NCBI GenBank assembly: GCA_943787795.1
Contig: CALSNU010000003.1
Location: 224,001-288,000 of the forward strand
Source of the DNA: an uncultured bacterium
Lineage (GTDB): Bacteria > Planctomycetota > UBA1135 > GCA-002686595
Direction: 5' to 3'
DNA: 64,000 nucleotides
Positions within the stretch are counted from its first letter, which is position 1, and every line of letters begins with the position of its first letter. Positions 1 to 9,624 of the stretch are shown piece after piece. The translations under genes were made by a program, and so were the position numbers. The notes under the pieces are model-generated. The model was not told the origin of the DNA. It saw nothing but the letters and a program-made list of their open reading frames with translations, and did no database searches.

Positions 1-703
1 GGCCCTTGACCAGCACGACGACGTTGTCGCAGGTCCGCTCCACGTCCGGGAGGAGGTGAGAGCAAAGGAGCACGTTCTTGTTCTGGTTTCTCCCGAGGTC
101 CTCCACGAGCGAGAGCATGTGCCGGCGCCCTGCGGGGTCGAGGCCGTTGGTGGGCTCATCGAGGAGCAGGAACTCGGGGTCGTGGACGAGGGCCTGGGCG
201 AGCTTGAGTCGCTGCTTCATGCCGGTGGAGTAGCCGTCGAGGGTTCGATAGCGGGCCTCGTCCAGCTCCACGTAGTCCAGGACCTCATGGGATCGGGTGA
301 TCGCGTCTTGACGGCTGAGGCCGGTCAGCTTGGCCAGGGCCGACACGATCTCCACGGCGGTCATGCCGGGGAGGAGGCAGTCGCTCTCGGGCATGTAGCC
401 GACGCGCTTGCGGATCTCGATGCGGGCCGAGCGGTTGGTGGGCTGGAGGCCGGCCACGATGGCGGTGCCCTCTGTGGGCTCCAGAAGCCCCAGGAGCAGT
501 CCGATCAAGGTCGTCTTGCCCGCGCCGTTTGGCCCCAGCAGTCCCACGGGCCCGGGGGGCAGCTCCATGTCGAGACCGCGCAGGGCGTGGACGTTCCCGA
601 AGGACTTGCGGAGCCCTTGCAGTCGGACGATGGGCTCCGGCTCACCGGCGACCTCTGTAGTGGACGCGGAGCCAGGTGTTCCGTCAGGGGCGTTGGGGGT
701 CAT
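1..703 (-). CDS. ABC transporter ATP-binding protein (3' end runs off the window)
   Basis: Manual translation from ATG at 703 (not in the ORF track): Walker A GPNGAGKTT, signature YSTGMKQRL, Walker B LLLDEPTNGLD, switch SHLL; open to position 1. Confidence 0.93.
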   Translation of the reverse strand, partial: MTPNAPDGTPGSASTTEVAGEPEPIVRLQGLRKSFGNVHALRGLDMELPPGPVGLLGPNGAGKTTLIGLLLGLLEPTEGTAIVAGLQPTNRSARIEIRKRVGYMPESDCLLPGMTAVEIVSALAKLTGLSRQDAITRSHEVLDYVELDEARYRTLDGYSTGMKQRLKLAQALVHDPEFLLLDEPTNGLDPAGRRHMLSLVEDLGRNQNKNVLLCSHLLPDVERTCDNVVVLVKG

Positions 704-925
704 CAAGCTCGTGCAGGTGGGGGACGCGGGCGCGTCCTGTGGCGGGCCAGCGCTACGGCCGCGTCAGGAGTACGGAGGGTAGCAGGCAAACATCTCCAAA
801 TTGCCGGACAAAGATCGAGTGGCGACCGGTCTGCTCCCCGGGGCGGGAGCGTGGCGCCGGGGGGAGCCGAGCCCTAGGATGGTGCGGGCGGGCCCACCCG
901 GCCTGCCGCTTCCCCGTTTGACCCA

Positions 926-981
926 GCGCCCCCAGCCCGGCGCCCCCAGCCAGGCGCCCCCAGCCAGGCGCCCCCAGCCCG
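926..981. repeat. 14-bp tandem repeat x4 (GCGCCCCCAGCCMG)
   Basis: Units start at 926, 940, 954 and 968, in the divergent intergenic region. Confidence 0.9.
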
Positions 982-1010
982 GCCGTGCTTCCCGCGAGAG
1001 GGATCGATCG

Positions 1011-1661
1011 ATGAGAGAAATGGACCCGTCGTCTGGTGAGCCTTCCGCGATCAGCAGGAGGTCCTTTCTCAAGGGCGCCACACAGGTCGCCGCGGCCGGG
1101 GGAATCATCCAGGCCACCGCGGCAGGTGCGCCGGCCGAGGTCGTCGACCCCGAGGTGGAGACCCTGAGCGGTACGTCGTCCCTGGAGTTGCTCGTGAACG
1201 GGAAGGCCCGCTCGGTGGAGGTGCAGCCTCGCACGACCCTCCTTCACGCCCTCCGGACGCACATGGACCCGCCCCTAACGGGGACCAAGGAGGTCTGCGG
1301 GACGGGCTCCTGTGGGGCCTGCACCGTCCTGATCGACGGCCAGCCGGCGTATTCGTGCCTGTCGCTGGCGGTGACCTGCGCCGGACGTCCGGTCACGACC
1401 GTGGAGGGCTTTGGGAGCGCGGACGCGATGTCGGACGTGCAGCAGGCCTTCTGCGACAAGGACGGGATGATGTGCGGCTTCTGCACCCCCGGCTTCGTGG
1501 TCGCCACCCACGCGGCGCTCGACCGCTCCCCCAAGGCGAGCCTGGACGAGTTGAAGTACGAGCTCTCCGGCAACTTCTGCCGGTGCGGCACCTACCCGCA
1601 CGTGTTCGACGCCGCCGCGGCCGTCCAGGAGGACCGGGCGCGCGGGGAGGAGGGTCGATGA
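1011..1661 (+). CDS. 2Fe-2S subunit of XDH-family molybdoenzyme with Tat signal (PaoA/YagT-like)
   Basis: SRRSFLK twin-arginine motif; GTKEVCGTGSCGACTV, CGFCTPG and NFCRC ligand motifs; start 1011 or 1020. Confidence 0.92.
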   Translation: MREMDPSSGEPSAISRRSFLKGATQVAAAGGIIQATAAGAPAEVVDPEVETLSGTSSLELLVNGKARSVEVQPRTTLLHALRTHMDPPLTGTKEVCGTGSCGACTVLIDGQPAYSCLSLAVTCAGRPVTTVEGFGSADAMSDVQQAFCDKDGMMCGFCTPGFVVATHAALDRSPKASLDELKYELSGNFCRCGTYPHVFDAAAAVQEDRARGEEGR

Positions 1662-3838
1662 GCAGCTCGAGCCGCGGGGCCCAGGCCTCGGAGCCCTCCT
1701 GGGGCAAGCGCAGTGACCTCGACGTCCTCAACCGCGACATCCCGCGGGTGGACGGGCCGGTGAAGGCCACCGGCGAGGCGATCTACACCCACGACGTGCG
1801 GCTTCCGGGGATGCTCTGGGCTCGCGTGCTGGTTCACCCCGTTCCGCGCGCAGAGATCGAGTCCATTGACCTCGAGGTGGCCAGCGAGATGCCTGGGGTG
1901 GTCTACGTCGAGGCGCTCAAGGAGCCAGGCGACGCCGTGCGCTATCTCGGCGATGACGCCGTCCTCGCGGTTGTCGCGGCCGAGACGCCGGACCAGGCGG
2001 CGGACGCTCTGCGGGCGATCAAGGTCAAGGCGAGGCGGCTGGCGCCTGTGGTCACGCCGGCGCAGGCGCTCGAGGATGGCGCGCCGGTGGTGAGCCGCCG
2101 ACGCGACGCGGACTCCAACGTGGGGCGGGCGAATGAGCGTGGCGATGAGGCCGTCGCCGACGCCGCGCTGGCCGGCGCCGTGGCGGTGGTGGAGCGGACC
2201 TTCGAGATCCCCATTCAGCACCACGTCTGCCTGGAGACCCACGGCCACGTGGTGCAGCCAGCGCCGGATGATGAGCAGGTCACGGTCTATGCCTCCACCC
2301 AGTCTGTGGGGGGCACCCCTCGAGGGCTGGCCCGCACGCTGGGTCGGGACGCGTCCAAGATCCGCGTCTTGACCCCGCACATGGGCGGGGGATTCGGGTC
2401 CAAGTTCGGTCCTGGCCTCGAGGGCGCCATGGCGGCGCGGGTGGCCGACCAGACCGGTCGCCCCGTTCACCTGATGCTGACCCGCTCCGATGAGTTCGCG
2501 ATCGCAGGCAACCGTTCCGGGTCGCGGCAGACCCTCAAGGTCGGCGCCAGAAGCGATGGGCGCCTGGTCGGCCTGAAGCTGGACGCCGACAAGCACGGCG
2601 GCGTCTCCGGCGGTTCACTCCCCGGTCCGCCCTACATCTACACCGTGGCCGATGACTCCGCGGTGGCCAGCCGCATCCGTTCGGTGTTCACGGCGACGGA
2701 CGGGAGCCGCGCCATGCGCGCACCGGGTCATCCCCAGGCCTCCTTTGCCATGGAGGCTGCCGTGGACGAGCTGGCGTACCTGCTCGGGATTGATCTGGTC
2801 GAGATGCGGATCCGCAACCTCGACTCCGAGGTGCACCACCGCCAGCTGCGCCGCGTCGCCGAGGAGATCGGTTGGGGCGAACACCCGCACCGGGATCGGC
2901 CGGGGCGTGCCGAGAACGGGCGCGCGGTGGGGATCGGCTTCGGCGTCTCCGTATGGGGGCCCGGCGGCCGCTCTTCCCGCTGTGACGTCACGATCCGACC
3001 GGACGGTTCGGTGGTCTCTGCCACCGCGACCCAGGACCTCGGCACCGGCGCGCGGACCTACGTCGCCGCGATCGTGGCGGAGGAGCTGGGTCTGGCGGTC
3101 AACATGATCGAGGCGCGCATCGGGGACAGCGACCTGCCGCCGAGCGTGACGTCCGGCGGGAGCGTCACGACGGGGAGCTCCGCGCCGGCGATCAAGGACG
3201 CCGCGCATAAGGCCCGGGAGGGGCTGGAGGCGCTCCTCGTGGACGTCCTCGAGGCGCCCGTTGGGTCGTATGTCTGGAGGAACGGACAGGTCTCCGTTCG
3301 CGGCGACTCGACCCGCTCCTTGCCCTGGATCGCGGTCTGCGCGCTGCTCCGGGAGCCGCTCCTTGCGCAGGGGGAGTTCCGCGACTTCCTCCACGAGGGC
3401 CGGATCCATGGCGCCCAGGCGGCGAAGGTCGAGGTCGACACGCTGACCGGCCGGGTCAAGGTCCTCAAGATGGTGGCCTGCCAGGATCAGGGGCTCCCCC
3501 TCAACCGGCTCGCGCTCCGCAGCCAGATCAACGGCGGCATGGTCCAGGCTCTCTCATACGGGATGCTGGAGCAGCGCGTGTTCGACGAGCAGGACGGGTT
3601 CCTCCTCTCGGATAATCTCGACCTCTACAAGATCGCAGGGGCCCAGGAGATGCCCGAGATGGTGGCGCTTATCGACGACGAGGATGAGCGTCCGAGCGTC
3701 TGTGGCATGGCCGAGGCGCCGGTCATCCCCGGACACAGCGCCATCGCGGGCGCGATTCACAACGCCTGTGGCGCGCGGCTCACCCGCATGCCCTTCACCG
3801 CGGACAACGTGCTGGAGACCCTCTACGGGAAGATCTGA
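1658..3838 (+). CDS. Molybdopterin-binding large subunit, xanthine dehydrogenase family (PaoC/YagR-like)
   Basis: RVDGPVKATG, GGGFGSK, AMRAPGHPQ, QDLGTG, SGGS, QINGG and catalytic-Glu region GMAEAP; ATGA overlap with the upstream gene. Confidence 0.93.
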   Translation: MSSSSRGAQASEPSWGKRSDLDVLNRDIPRVDGPVKATGEAIYTHDVRLPGMLWARVLVHPVPRAEIESIDLEVASEMPGVVYVEALKEPGDAVRYLGDDAVLAVVAAETPDQAADALRAIKVKARRLAPVVTPAQALEDGAPVVSRRRDADSNVGRANERGDEAVADAALAGAVAVVERTFEIPIQHHVCLETHGHVVQPAPDDEQVTVYASTQSVGGTPRGLARTLGRDASKIRVLTPHMGGGFGSKFGPGLEGAMAARVADQTGRPVHLMLTRSDEFAIAGNRSGSRQTLKVGARSDGRLVGLKLDADKHGGVSGGSLPGPPYIYTVADDSAVASRIRSVFTATDGSRAMRAPGHPQASFAMEAAVDELAYLLGIDLVEMRIRNLDSEVHHRQLRRVAEEIGWGEHPHRDRPGRAENGRAVGIGFGVSVWGPGGRSSRCDVTIRPDGSVVSATATQDLGTGARTYVAAIVAEELGLAVNMIEARIGDSDLPPSVTSGGSVTTGSSAPAIKDAAHKAREGLEALLVDVLEAPVGSYVWRNGQVSVRGDSTRSLPWIAVCALLREPLLAQGEFRDFLHEGRIHGAQAAKVEVDTLTGRVKVLKMVACQDQGLPLNRLALRSQINGGMVQALSYGMLEQRVFDEQDGFLLSDNLDLYKIAGAQEMPEMVALIDDEDERPSVCGMAEAPVIPGHSAIAGAIHNACGARLTRMPFTADNVLETLYGKI

Positions 3839-4821
3839 TGAAGGACTTCGACCTCAAGTTACCGGACACCCTCGAGGCCGCGGTGGGGGAGCTCCCCGCC
3901 GAGTACAGCCGCGACGGGGCCCAGGTCCTCGCCGGGGGCCAGGACATCGTGACGGTGATGAAGGACGACATCGAGCAGCCTGCGGCGCTCGTGAGCCTGC
4001 AGCGTCTCGGCCTCGATGGGATGCAGTGGGACGAGCGCGGCGGCCTGACGATCGGCGCCACGGTGACGATCCAGACCCTGGCCGAGGAGGCGAGCATCGA
4101 GCGAGGCCTGCCGGCCCTGCGCGAGGCGGCGCGCTCCGTGGGGAGCCCCCAGATCCGGAGCCAGGGGACCCTGGGGGGCAACCTGAACCAGCGCCCGCGA
4201 TGCCCGTACTACCGCCACCCGTCGGTGAGCTGCTTCAAGAAGGGCGGCTCGGTGTGCCTCGCGGAGTTCGGCTTCAACAAGTACGCCGCCATCTTCGGGG
4301 GAGGCCCGTCCTACTACAGCCACCCCTCCGACCTGGCGACCGTGCTCGTGATGCTCGGCGCCACGGCCACCATCGCCGGCCCTGGAGGAGAGCGGCAGGT
4401 CCCCCTGGCGGAGCTCTATGTCCTGCCGGACCAGGCGCTGGATACGGAGACGGTGCTCCGACCGGATGAGATCCTGACCTCGGTCTCGATCCCGGCGCCG
4501 GCGGCGGACGCGCGCTCCTCCTACCTGAAGTACAAGGAGCGCGCCTCGTACGACTTCGCCCTGGCGGCGGTGGCGGTCTCCGTGAACCGCGGCGATGACG
4601 GCGTCGTCACCGACGCCCGCGTGGTCCTCGGCGGCGTCGCGCCCAAGCCGTGGGAGGTTCCCGCGGCTGCCGCGGCGCTGGTCGGTAAGGCCATGGCGCC
4701 AGAGGCCTGGACCGCGGCCGGTGAGGCTGCGGTGGCCGACGCGGACCCCCTAGAGCACAACGGCTACAAGGTGCACCTCGTGAAGGGGCTGCTCTTTCGG
4801 GCCCTCGAGGCCCTGGTCTGA
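3838..4821 (+). CDS. FAD-binding subunit, XDH family (PaoB/YagS-like)
   Basis: LAGGQD, SPQIRSQGTLGGNL, Cys insert RCPYYR..C....GSVC, HPSD, LGGVAPKPW; TGATG overlap. Confidence 0.92.
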   Translation: MKDFDLKLPDTLEAAVGELPAEYSRDGAQVLAGGQDIVTVMKDDIEQPAALVSLQRLGLDGMQWDERGGLTIGATVTIQTLAEEASIERGLPALREAARSVGSPQIRSQGTLGGNLNQRPRCPYYRHPSVSCFKKGGSVCLAEFGFNKYAAIFGGGPSYYSHPSDLATVLVMLGATATIAGPGGERQVPLAELYVLPDQALDTETVLRPDEILTSVSIPAPAADARSSYLKYKERASYDFALAAVAVSVNRGDDGVVTDARVVLGGVAPKPWEVPAAAAALVGKAMAPEAWTAAGEAAVADADPLEHNGYKVHLVKGLLFRALEALV

Positions 4822-4853
4822 TCGATCCGTTGACCACCTCCTGAATCCACACC

Positions 4854-5087
4854 ATGAGCGATCCCCGGACACCGGCCGTGAGCCCCTTCTGCGTGCACCT
4901 CGCGAGCAAGAAGATGATGATCTCCGAGCGCCCGCCGCTTCAGGACAGCGATGTGCTGGACTCGAGCCAGCACTGCTGGTGTGAGCGGTCCCACATGCTC
5001 ATCGGGCCCGACGGCGACGCCGCCCACCCCGAGGACTGCCGCAAGGGGCGTGACTGCTTCGAGTCCCCGCTGGCAGACCTCCTCTGA
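4854..5087 (+). CDS. Small Cys/His-rich hypothetical protein (77 aa)
   Basis: Fills the gap in the operon; 5 Cys including CWC; host-like codon usage. Confidence 0.7.
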   Translation: MSDPRTPAVSPFCVHLASKKMMISERPPLQDSDVLDSSQHCWCERSHMLIGPDGDAAHPEDCRKGRDCFESPLADLL

Positions 5088-5093
5088 TCTCCA

Positions 5094-5849
5094 ATGAAAC
5101 TCCTCGCCTCTCTCTTGGTTGCCGGCTCGACGGCAATGTTCTACACCGGCCTGCTCCCGTGCCCATGTGAGCTGGGCACCAGGCTGTCCTCGGCGCTCGG
5201 CGGCGCGTGTTCAGCCGCGGTGGACGAAGGCGTGGCCCTGGGGGCTGCGCCAGCGGGTGTCTACCTGGAGGTCCGCAACGCCACGGTCTGGGGAGGCGCC
5301 TGTCACATCGGCTCGGAGGCCGTGAGCCAGGGGACCTTCGCCGCCGCGGGCTGGGGCTTCGAGGGCGGGGCCCATGACGGAGTCGACCTCGCGGGCGTCC
5401 GCGTGGTCTCCGTCGTCGAGGGGACGTCGAACCTGCAGGCCGAGGACGTCTTCCGCGCGGGGGGCGCGCCGGAGGTCTCCTCCGCGATCTGGGTGGACGC
5501 TCCCGATCAGCGGACGGCGGACGCCGCCGTGGCCCACGTGCTGGCGCGCATGGAGCACGGGACCGTCCGCTCGGTGGAGCGGGCCACCCTCACGGTGGAG
5601 CGAGACGGGGACGCATTCCTCGTCGAGGTCCCTGGGGTGCTCTCCGTGGAAGGCGAGGCCCTCCCGGACCGCTCCTGCTGCACCATGCCCGAGTCGCTCT
5701 GGTACTCGCCCCTGGCGAGGGACTGCGAGGCCGTGGTCGGGAACCCCTCCACCTGCCGCTTCGCCGGGCACGGCGAAGGCGCCGGGCGACTCTCACCCTG
5801 GGCGTTCGAGGGCGAGAACAGCGCCTTCGTCGCCCGACTCGGCGCCTGA
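5094..5849 (+). CDS. Exported DUF1326-like protein
   Basis: N-terminal hydrophobic signal; GVYLEVRNATVWGGACH...GWGFEGG..GVDLAGVRVV pattern recalled for DUF1326-type proteins. Confidence 0.6.
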   Translation: MKLLASLLVAGSTAMFYTGLLPCPCELGTRLSSALGGACSAAVDEGVALGAAPAGVYLEVRNATVWGGACHIGSEAVSQGTFAAAGWGFEGGAHDGVDLAGVRVVSVVEGTSNLQAEDVFRAGGAPEVSSAIWVDAPDQRTADAAVAHVLARMEHGTVRSVERATLTVERDGDAFLVEVPGVLSVEGEALPDRSCCTMPESLWYSPLARDCEAVVGNPSTCRFAGHGEGAGRLSPWAFEGENSAFVARLGA

Positions 5850-5886
5850 GGCGCTCCGCCGATCACTCCCACTGCCCAAGACTCCG

Positions 5887-8265
5887 TTGGCTCGTAAGAA
5901 GAAGTCCAAGAGAAAGGCCCCGCGGCGCTCCAAGCGCTCGGTCGACGACGCCGAGATCGAGGAGCTGGTCATCGTTCCTGTGCGGAACATGATCCTGTTC
6001 CCCGGCGTGGTCCTCCCGCTCATGCTCGGGAGGGAGTCCTCCGTCCTCGCGGTGCGTGCGGCGGTCGAGGACGATCGTCCCATCGGCCTGCTGCTCCAGC
6101 GAGACGAACGCGACGACTCTCCGGGGCCGTCTGACCTCTTCAAGGTCGGGACCGTGGGCGAGATCATGCGCTACTGGACGGCCCCCGATGGCCGCCACCA
6201 GGCCATCTGCCAGGGGCAGAGTCGGTTCGAGGTCATCGATTACGTGGAGACCGACCCGCTGCTTGTGGCGCGGGTTCGTCGGGTCGAAGAGGTCGAGCGA
6301 CCCACCCGTGCCATCGAGGCTCGCTTCGTGGCCCTCAAACAGCGAGCGGAGGAGGTCCTCAGCCTCTCTCCCGGGACGCCGGAGGACCTCGAGCAAGCGG
6401 TCCAGGGGATTGACTCTCCGGGCATGCTGGCCGATCTGGTGGCGACCTTCCTGGATATGCCCTCGGTGGAGAAGCAGGAGATCCTCGAGACCTTCGAGGT
6501 CAAGGCGCGCCTCGATCGGCTCCTGGAGGCGCTCGGGCAGGCCGCCGCCGTCCTCGAGCTCAGCCTCAAGATTCGACGCGAGACCAAGGGGTCCTTGGAT
6601 CAGGCTCAGCGTGAGTACTTCCTGCGCGAGCAGCTGCGGCAGATCCGACGCGAGCTCGGTGAGGGCGACGACTTCACCGATGAGCTCGCCGAGATCCGCG
6701 AGCGAGTGGACGCGCTCGAGCTCCCTGAAGAGGCCGAGCGCGAGGTCCGCCGCGAGCTCCGGCGGCTTGAGCGGACACCGGAGCAGGCGGCGGAGCACTC
6801 GATGCTGCGAACCTGGATGGAGGTCTTCACGGAGCTCCCCTGGAACCAGCGGAGCAAGGACACGCTTCAGCTTGGCGTGGCCCAGGAGGTGTTGGACGCG
6901 GATCACCACGGCCTCGAGAAGGTCAAGCGGCGGATCCTGGAGTTCCTCGCGGTGAAGAAGCTCAACCCCGAGGGGCAGGGACCGACCCTGTGCCTGGTGG
7001 GGCCTCCGGGGGTCGGCAAGACGTCGCTCGGGCAGAGCGTCGCTCGCGCGATGGGCCGGGAGTTCGTGCGCGTCAGCCTCGGCGGAGTGCACGACGAGTC
7101 GGAGATCCGCGGCCACCGCCGGACCTACGTGGGGGCGATGCCGGGGAAGATCATCGAGGGGCTGCGCAAGGCACGGACTCGCAACCCGGTCTTCCTCCTG
7201 GACGAGGTGGACAAGCTCGGGGCCGGTCTCCACGGCGACCCGTCCTCTGCGCTGCTCGAGGTCCTCGATCCGGCGCAGAACGGCACGTTCCAGGACAACT
7301 ACCTCGGGGTGCCCTTCGACCTCTCCGAGGTGCTCTTCATCGCCACCGCTAACGTCGAGGAGCAGATCCCCGGACCGCTCCATGACCGGATGGACGTCCT
7401 CCGCCTGTCCGGCTACACGGAGGCAGAGAAGCTCGCCATCGCACGCAAGCACCTGCTGGGTCGCCAGCGGACCGCTGCGGGGCTGAAGCCCTCGCAGCTC
7501 AAGGTCTCGGTTGCCGCGCTCCGAGAGGTGATCACCGGCTACACCCGTGAGGCGGGGGTCCGGGAGCTCGAGCGCCGGATCGCGGCGATCTGCCGCCACG
7601 CCGCGGTGAAGTTCGCCTCTCGACGACGCAAGCCCCTCTCGATCGGCCCGGACGAGGTGAAGGCGATCCTCGGCCATGAGCGCCGTGAGCTGGAGGTCGC
7701 CGAACGCACGGCGCAGTCTGGAGTCGCGACGGGGTTGGCCTGGACCTCGGTCGGGGGCGAGATCCTCTTCATCGAGGCGGCCTCCTGTAAGGGCAAGGGC
7801 GAGCTGCGACTGACGGGGCAACTCGGAGACGTGATGAAGGAGAGCGCGCTCGCCGCGCTCACGCTGCTTCGGTCCAGGGCTGCCGACCTCGGGATCGACT
7901 CCGATGAGCTGGCGGTCAGTGACGTGCACCTCCACATCCCCGCTGGTGCGGTGCCGAAGGACGGGCCGTCCGCCGGGGTTGCCATCACGATCGCGCTGGC
8001 TTCGCTGTTCACCGATCGGGCTGTCCGTGGGACGGTCGCGATGACCGGAGAGATCAGTCTGCGGGGCCGGGTGCTCCCGGTCGGCGGGGTGAAGGAGAAG
8101 GTGCTGGCCGCGCTGGCTGCGGGCATCCGGACGATTCTCCTCCCGGAGCGCAACATGGCGGATCTCGTGGAGCTCCCCGAGGTCGCCCGCAAGAAGCTGG
8201 AGTTCATTCCGCTGCGGACGATCGACGACGCCTTCGATGTGGCGTTCGGGCGGCGGCGTCCCTGA
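5887..8265 (+). CDS. lon: ATP-dependent Lon protease
   Basis: LON N-domain PVRNMILFPG, GPPGVGKTS, LLDEVDK, catalytic PKDGPSAG and GGVKEK; TTG start inferred. Confidence 0.96.
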   Translation: MARKKKSKRKAPRRSKRSVDDAEIEELVIVPVRNMILFPGVVLPLMLGRESSVLAVRAAVEDDRPIGLLLQRDERDDSPGPSDLFKVGTVGEIMRYWTAPDGRHQAICQGQSRFEVIDYVETDPLLVARVRRVEEVERPTRAIEARFVALKQRAEEVLSLSPGTPEDLEQAVQGIDSPGMLADLVATFLDMPSVEKQEILETFEVKARLDRLLEALGQAAAVLELSLKIRRETKGSLDQAQREYFLREQLRQIRRELGEGDDFTDELAEIRERVDALELPEEAEREVRRELRRLERTPEQAAEHSMLRTWMEVFTELPWNQRSKDTLQLGVAQEVLDADHHGLEKVKRRILEFLAVKKLNPEGQGPTLCLVGPPGVGKTSLGQSVARAMGREFVRVSLGGVHDESEIRGHRRTYVGAMPGKIIEGLRKARTRNPVFLLDEVDKLGAGLHGDPSSALLEVLDPAQNGTFQDNYLGVPFDLSEVLFIATANVEEQIPGPLHDRMDVLRLSGYTEAEKLAIARKHLLGRQRTAAGLKPSQLKVSVAALREVITGYTREAGVRELERRIAAICRHAAVKFASRRRKPLSIGPDEVKAILGHERRELEVAERTAQSGVATGLAWTSVGGEILFIEAASCKGKGELRLTGQLGDVMKESALAALTLLRSRAADLGIDSDELAVSDVHLHIPAGAVPKDGPSAGVAITIALASLFTDRAVRGTVAMTGEISLRGRVLPVGGVKEKVLAALAAGIRTILLPERNMADLVELPEVARKKLEFIPLRTIDDAFDVAFGRRRP

Positions 8266-9410
8266 TGTGGGCGGCACTCCTCGCCCTGATCGCGTTGTCC
8301 GGGGCGGCGTCTGCGCCGGCGTCGCTGCCGGCGCATCCGAACTCCTTCTCGATCTCCGAGCTCCATATCCGGAACAGCCGTGTCGAGCTGCAGCTGCGCT
8401 GCCAGGTGCTCTCGCTCGGCGAGGTGATCGAGGGGCTGGATCCCGAGCTCGACGGCCACGCGGAGCCTGGTGAGGTCGAGCGCTTCTCCAGCGAGATCGC
8501 CGAGTACGTGGCGCGTCACTACCGCCTGGTGCCGGGCGCGCTGGACGAGGCCAGCTGCGCCGACGCCTCGGCGGCGTTGACGGTCGCAGGGGCCTTCGTC
8601 TACGAGGCGCCGCTCGCGCTTGATCCGATGAACGAGGTCAGCGAGTGGGTGGACGTGGTGCTGAGCTTCGAGGGGCCGGCGGGAGGGCTGAATCGACTCG
8701 GTGTCCACCAGTCGCTCTTCCAGATCACGAGCCCTGGCCACCGGGACTCCTGCGCGGTGGTCTGGAATGGGCTGGAGGTTGGCCAGCGTCAGTTCGCCCT
8801 CGGCGCGGAGGCGTTCGTCTTCGTGGCGAGCCCAGAGGTGATCGCGCGGGGTGCTCCGGTTCTCCAGCGGTACGTCGTCCACGGAGCCAAGGGGGTGTTC
8901 CAGAGCTTGGATGCGCTCCTGCTGGTCCTGCTCTTGGTGCTCGCCGCGCGCCCGGGCTGGCGCTCAGCGCTCGTCTCGGTGGGGATCCTCGCCGCTGCCG
9001 CGGCGGTGGGAGCCCAGGTGGGTGCGAGGGTGCCGGTCTCCTCCACGGAGCTGCGGTTTCTCGAGCTCACCGTTCCGCTCGCCATCGCCTACGTGGGGCT
9101 CGACGACCTGCTGCACCGCGATGGGCGCACCCGCTTCATCGAGGCGCTGGTCTTCGGGCTCGCGCTCGGGGGGAGGGAGGTCGTCCAGCTGTCGCCGGAG
9201 TTGATTCGAGAGGCCGGTCCCTCGGGGCCCCTCGCAGGCGTGAGCCTCGGGCTGGTCCTGGCGGTGCTCACCCTCTCGCTCTCGCTGCTCCTCGCCCTGT
9301 CCCGGTGCGGTGATCCCGACGCCGCAGGACCCCGTCTCGTTCGCTTACCGGTCGACCTGCTCGCGATCGGAGTGGGGCTCTGGCTCTTCGTCTCGACCGC
9401 GCTCGGCTGA
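8265..9410 (+). CDS. Membrane protein with exported N-domain and divergent HupE/UreJ-like TM domain
   Basis: Signal peptide ending AH; C-terminal multi-TM region with SLDALLLVLLL, LAIAYVGLDDL and LVFGLALG; TGATG overlap with lon. Confidence 0.55.
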   Translation: MWAALLALIALSGAASAPASLPAHPNSFSISELHIRNSRVELQLRCQVLSLGEVIEGLDPELDGHAEPGEVERFSSEIAEYVARHYRLVPGALDEASCADASAALTVAGAFVYEAPLALDPMNEVSEWVDVVLSFEGPAGGLNRLGVHQSLFQITSPGHRDSCAVVWNGLEVGQRQFALGAEAFVFVASPEVIARGAPVLQRYVVHGAKGVFQSLDALLLVLLLVLAARPGWRSALVSVGILAAAAAVGAQVGARVPVSSTELRFLELTVPLAIAYVGLDDLLHRDGRTRFIEALVFGLALGGREVVQLSPELIREAGPSGPLAGVSLGLVLAVLTLSLSLLLALSRCGDPDAAGPRLVRLPVDLLAIGVGLWLFVSTALG

Positions 9411-9559
9411 GGCCGCGGGATCCAATTAGCCTGCTCCCAGAAGCCGGCCCCCCTCTGAATCGACCTTCGAAGGCCGAGGCTCGAAACCGAGCACCGCGCG
9501 GGCATCCATTGCCCGGCCGGGTCGCAAGGGACACCGTCCGATTCTCAGCCGCCCAGCGT

Positions 9560-9623
9560 GGACCCCGAACGCAGGACCCCAAACGCAGGATCCCGAACGC
9601 AGGATCCCGAACGCAGGATCCCA
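9560..9623. repeat. 14-bp tandem repeat x4.5 (GGAYCCCRAACGCA)
   Basis: Units start at 9560, 9574, 9588 and 9602, plus a partial unit; lies between convergent genes. Confidence 0.9.
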
Positions 9624-9624
9624 G

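Noticed and set aside
5085..5096. In-frame TGA between the 77-aa gene and the DUF1326-like gene as read-through
   Set aside because: Downstream gene has its own ATG and signal peptide; no SECIS-like hairpin noticed
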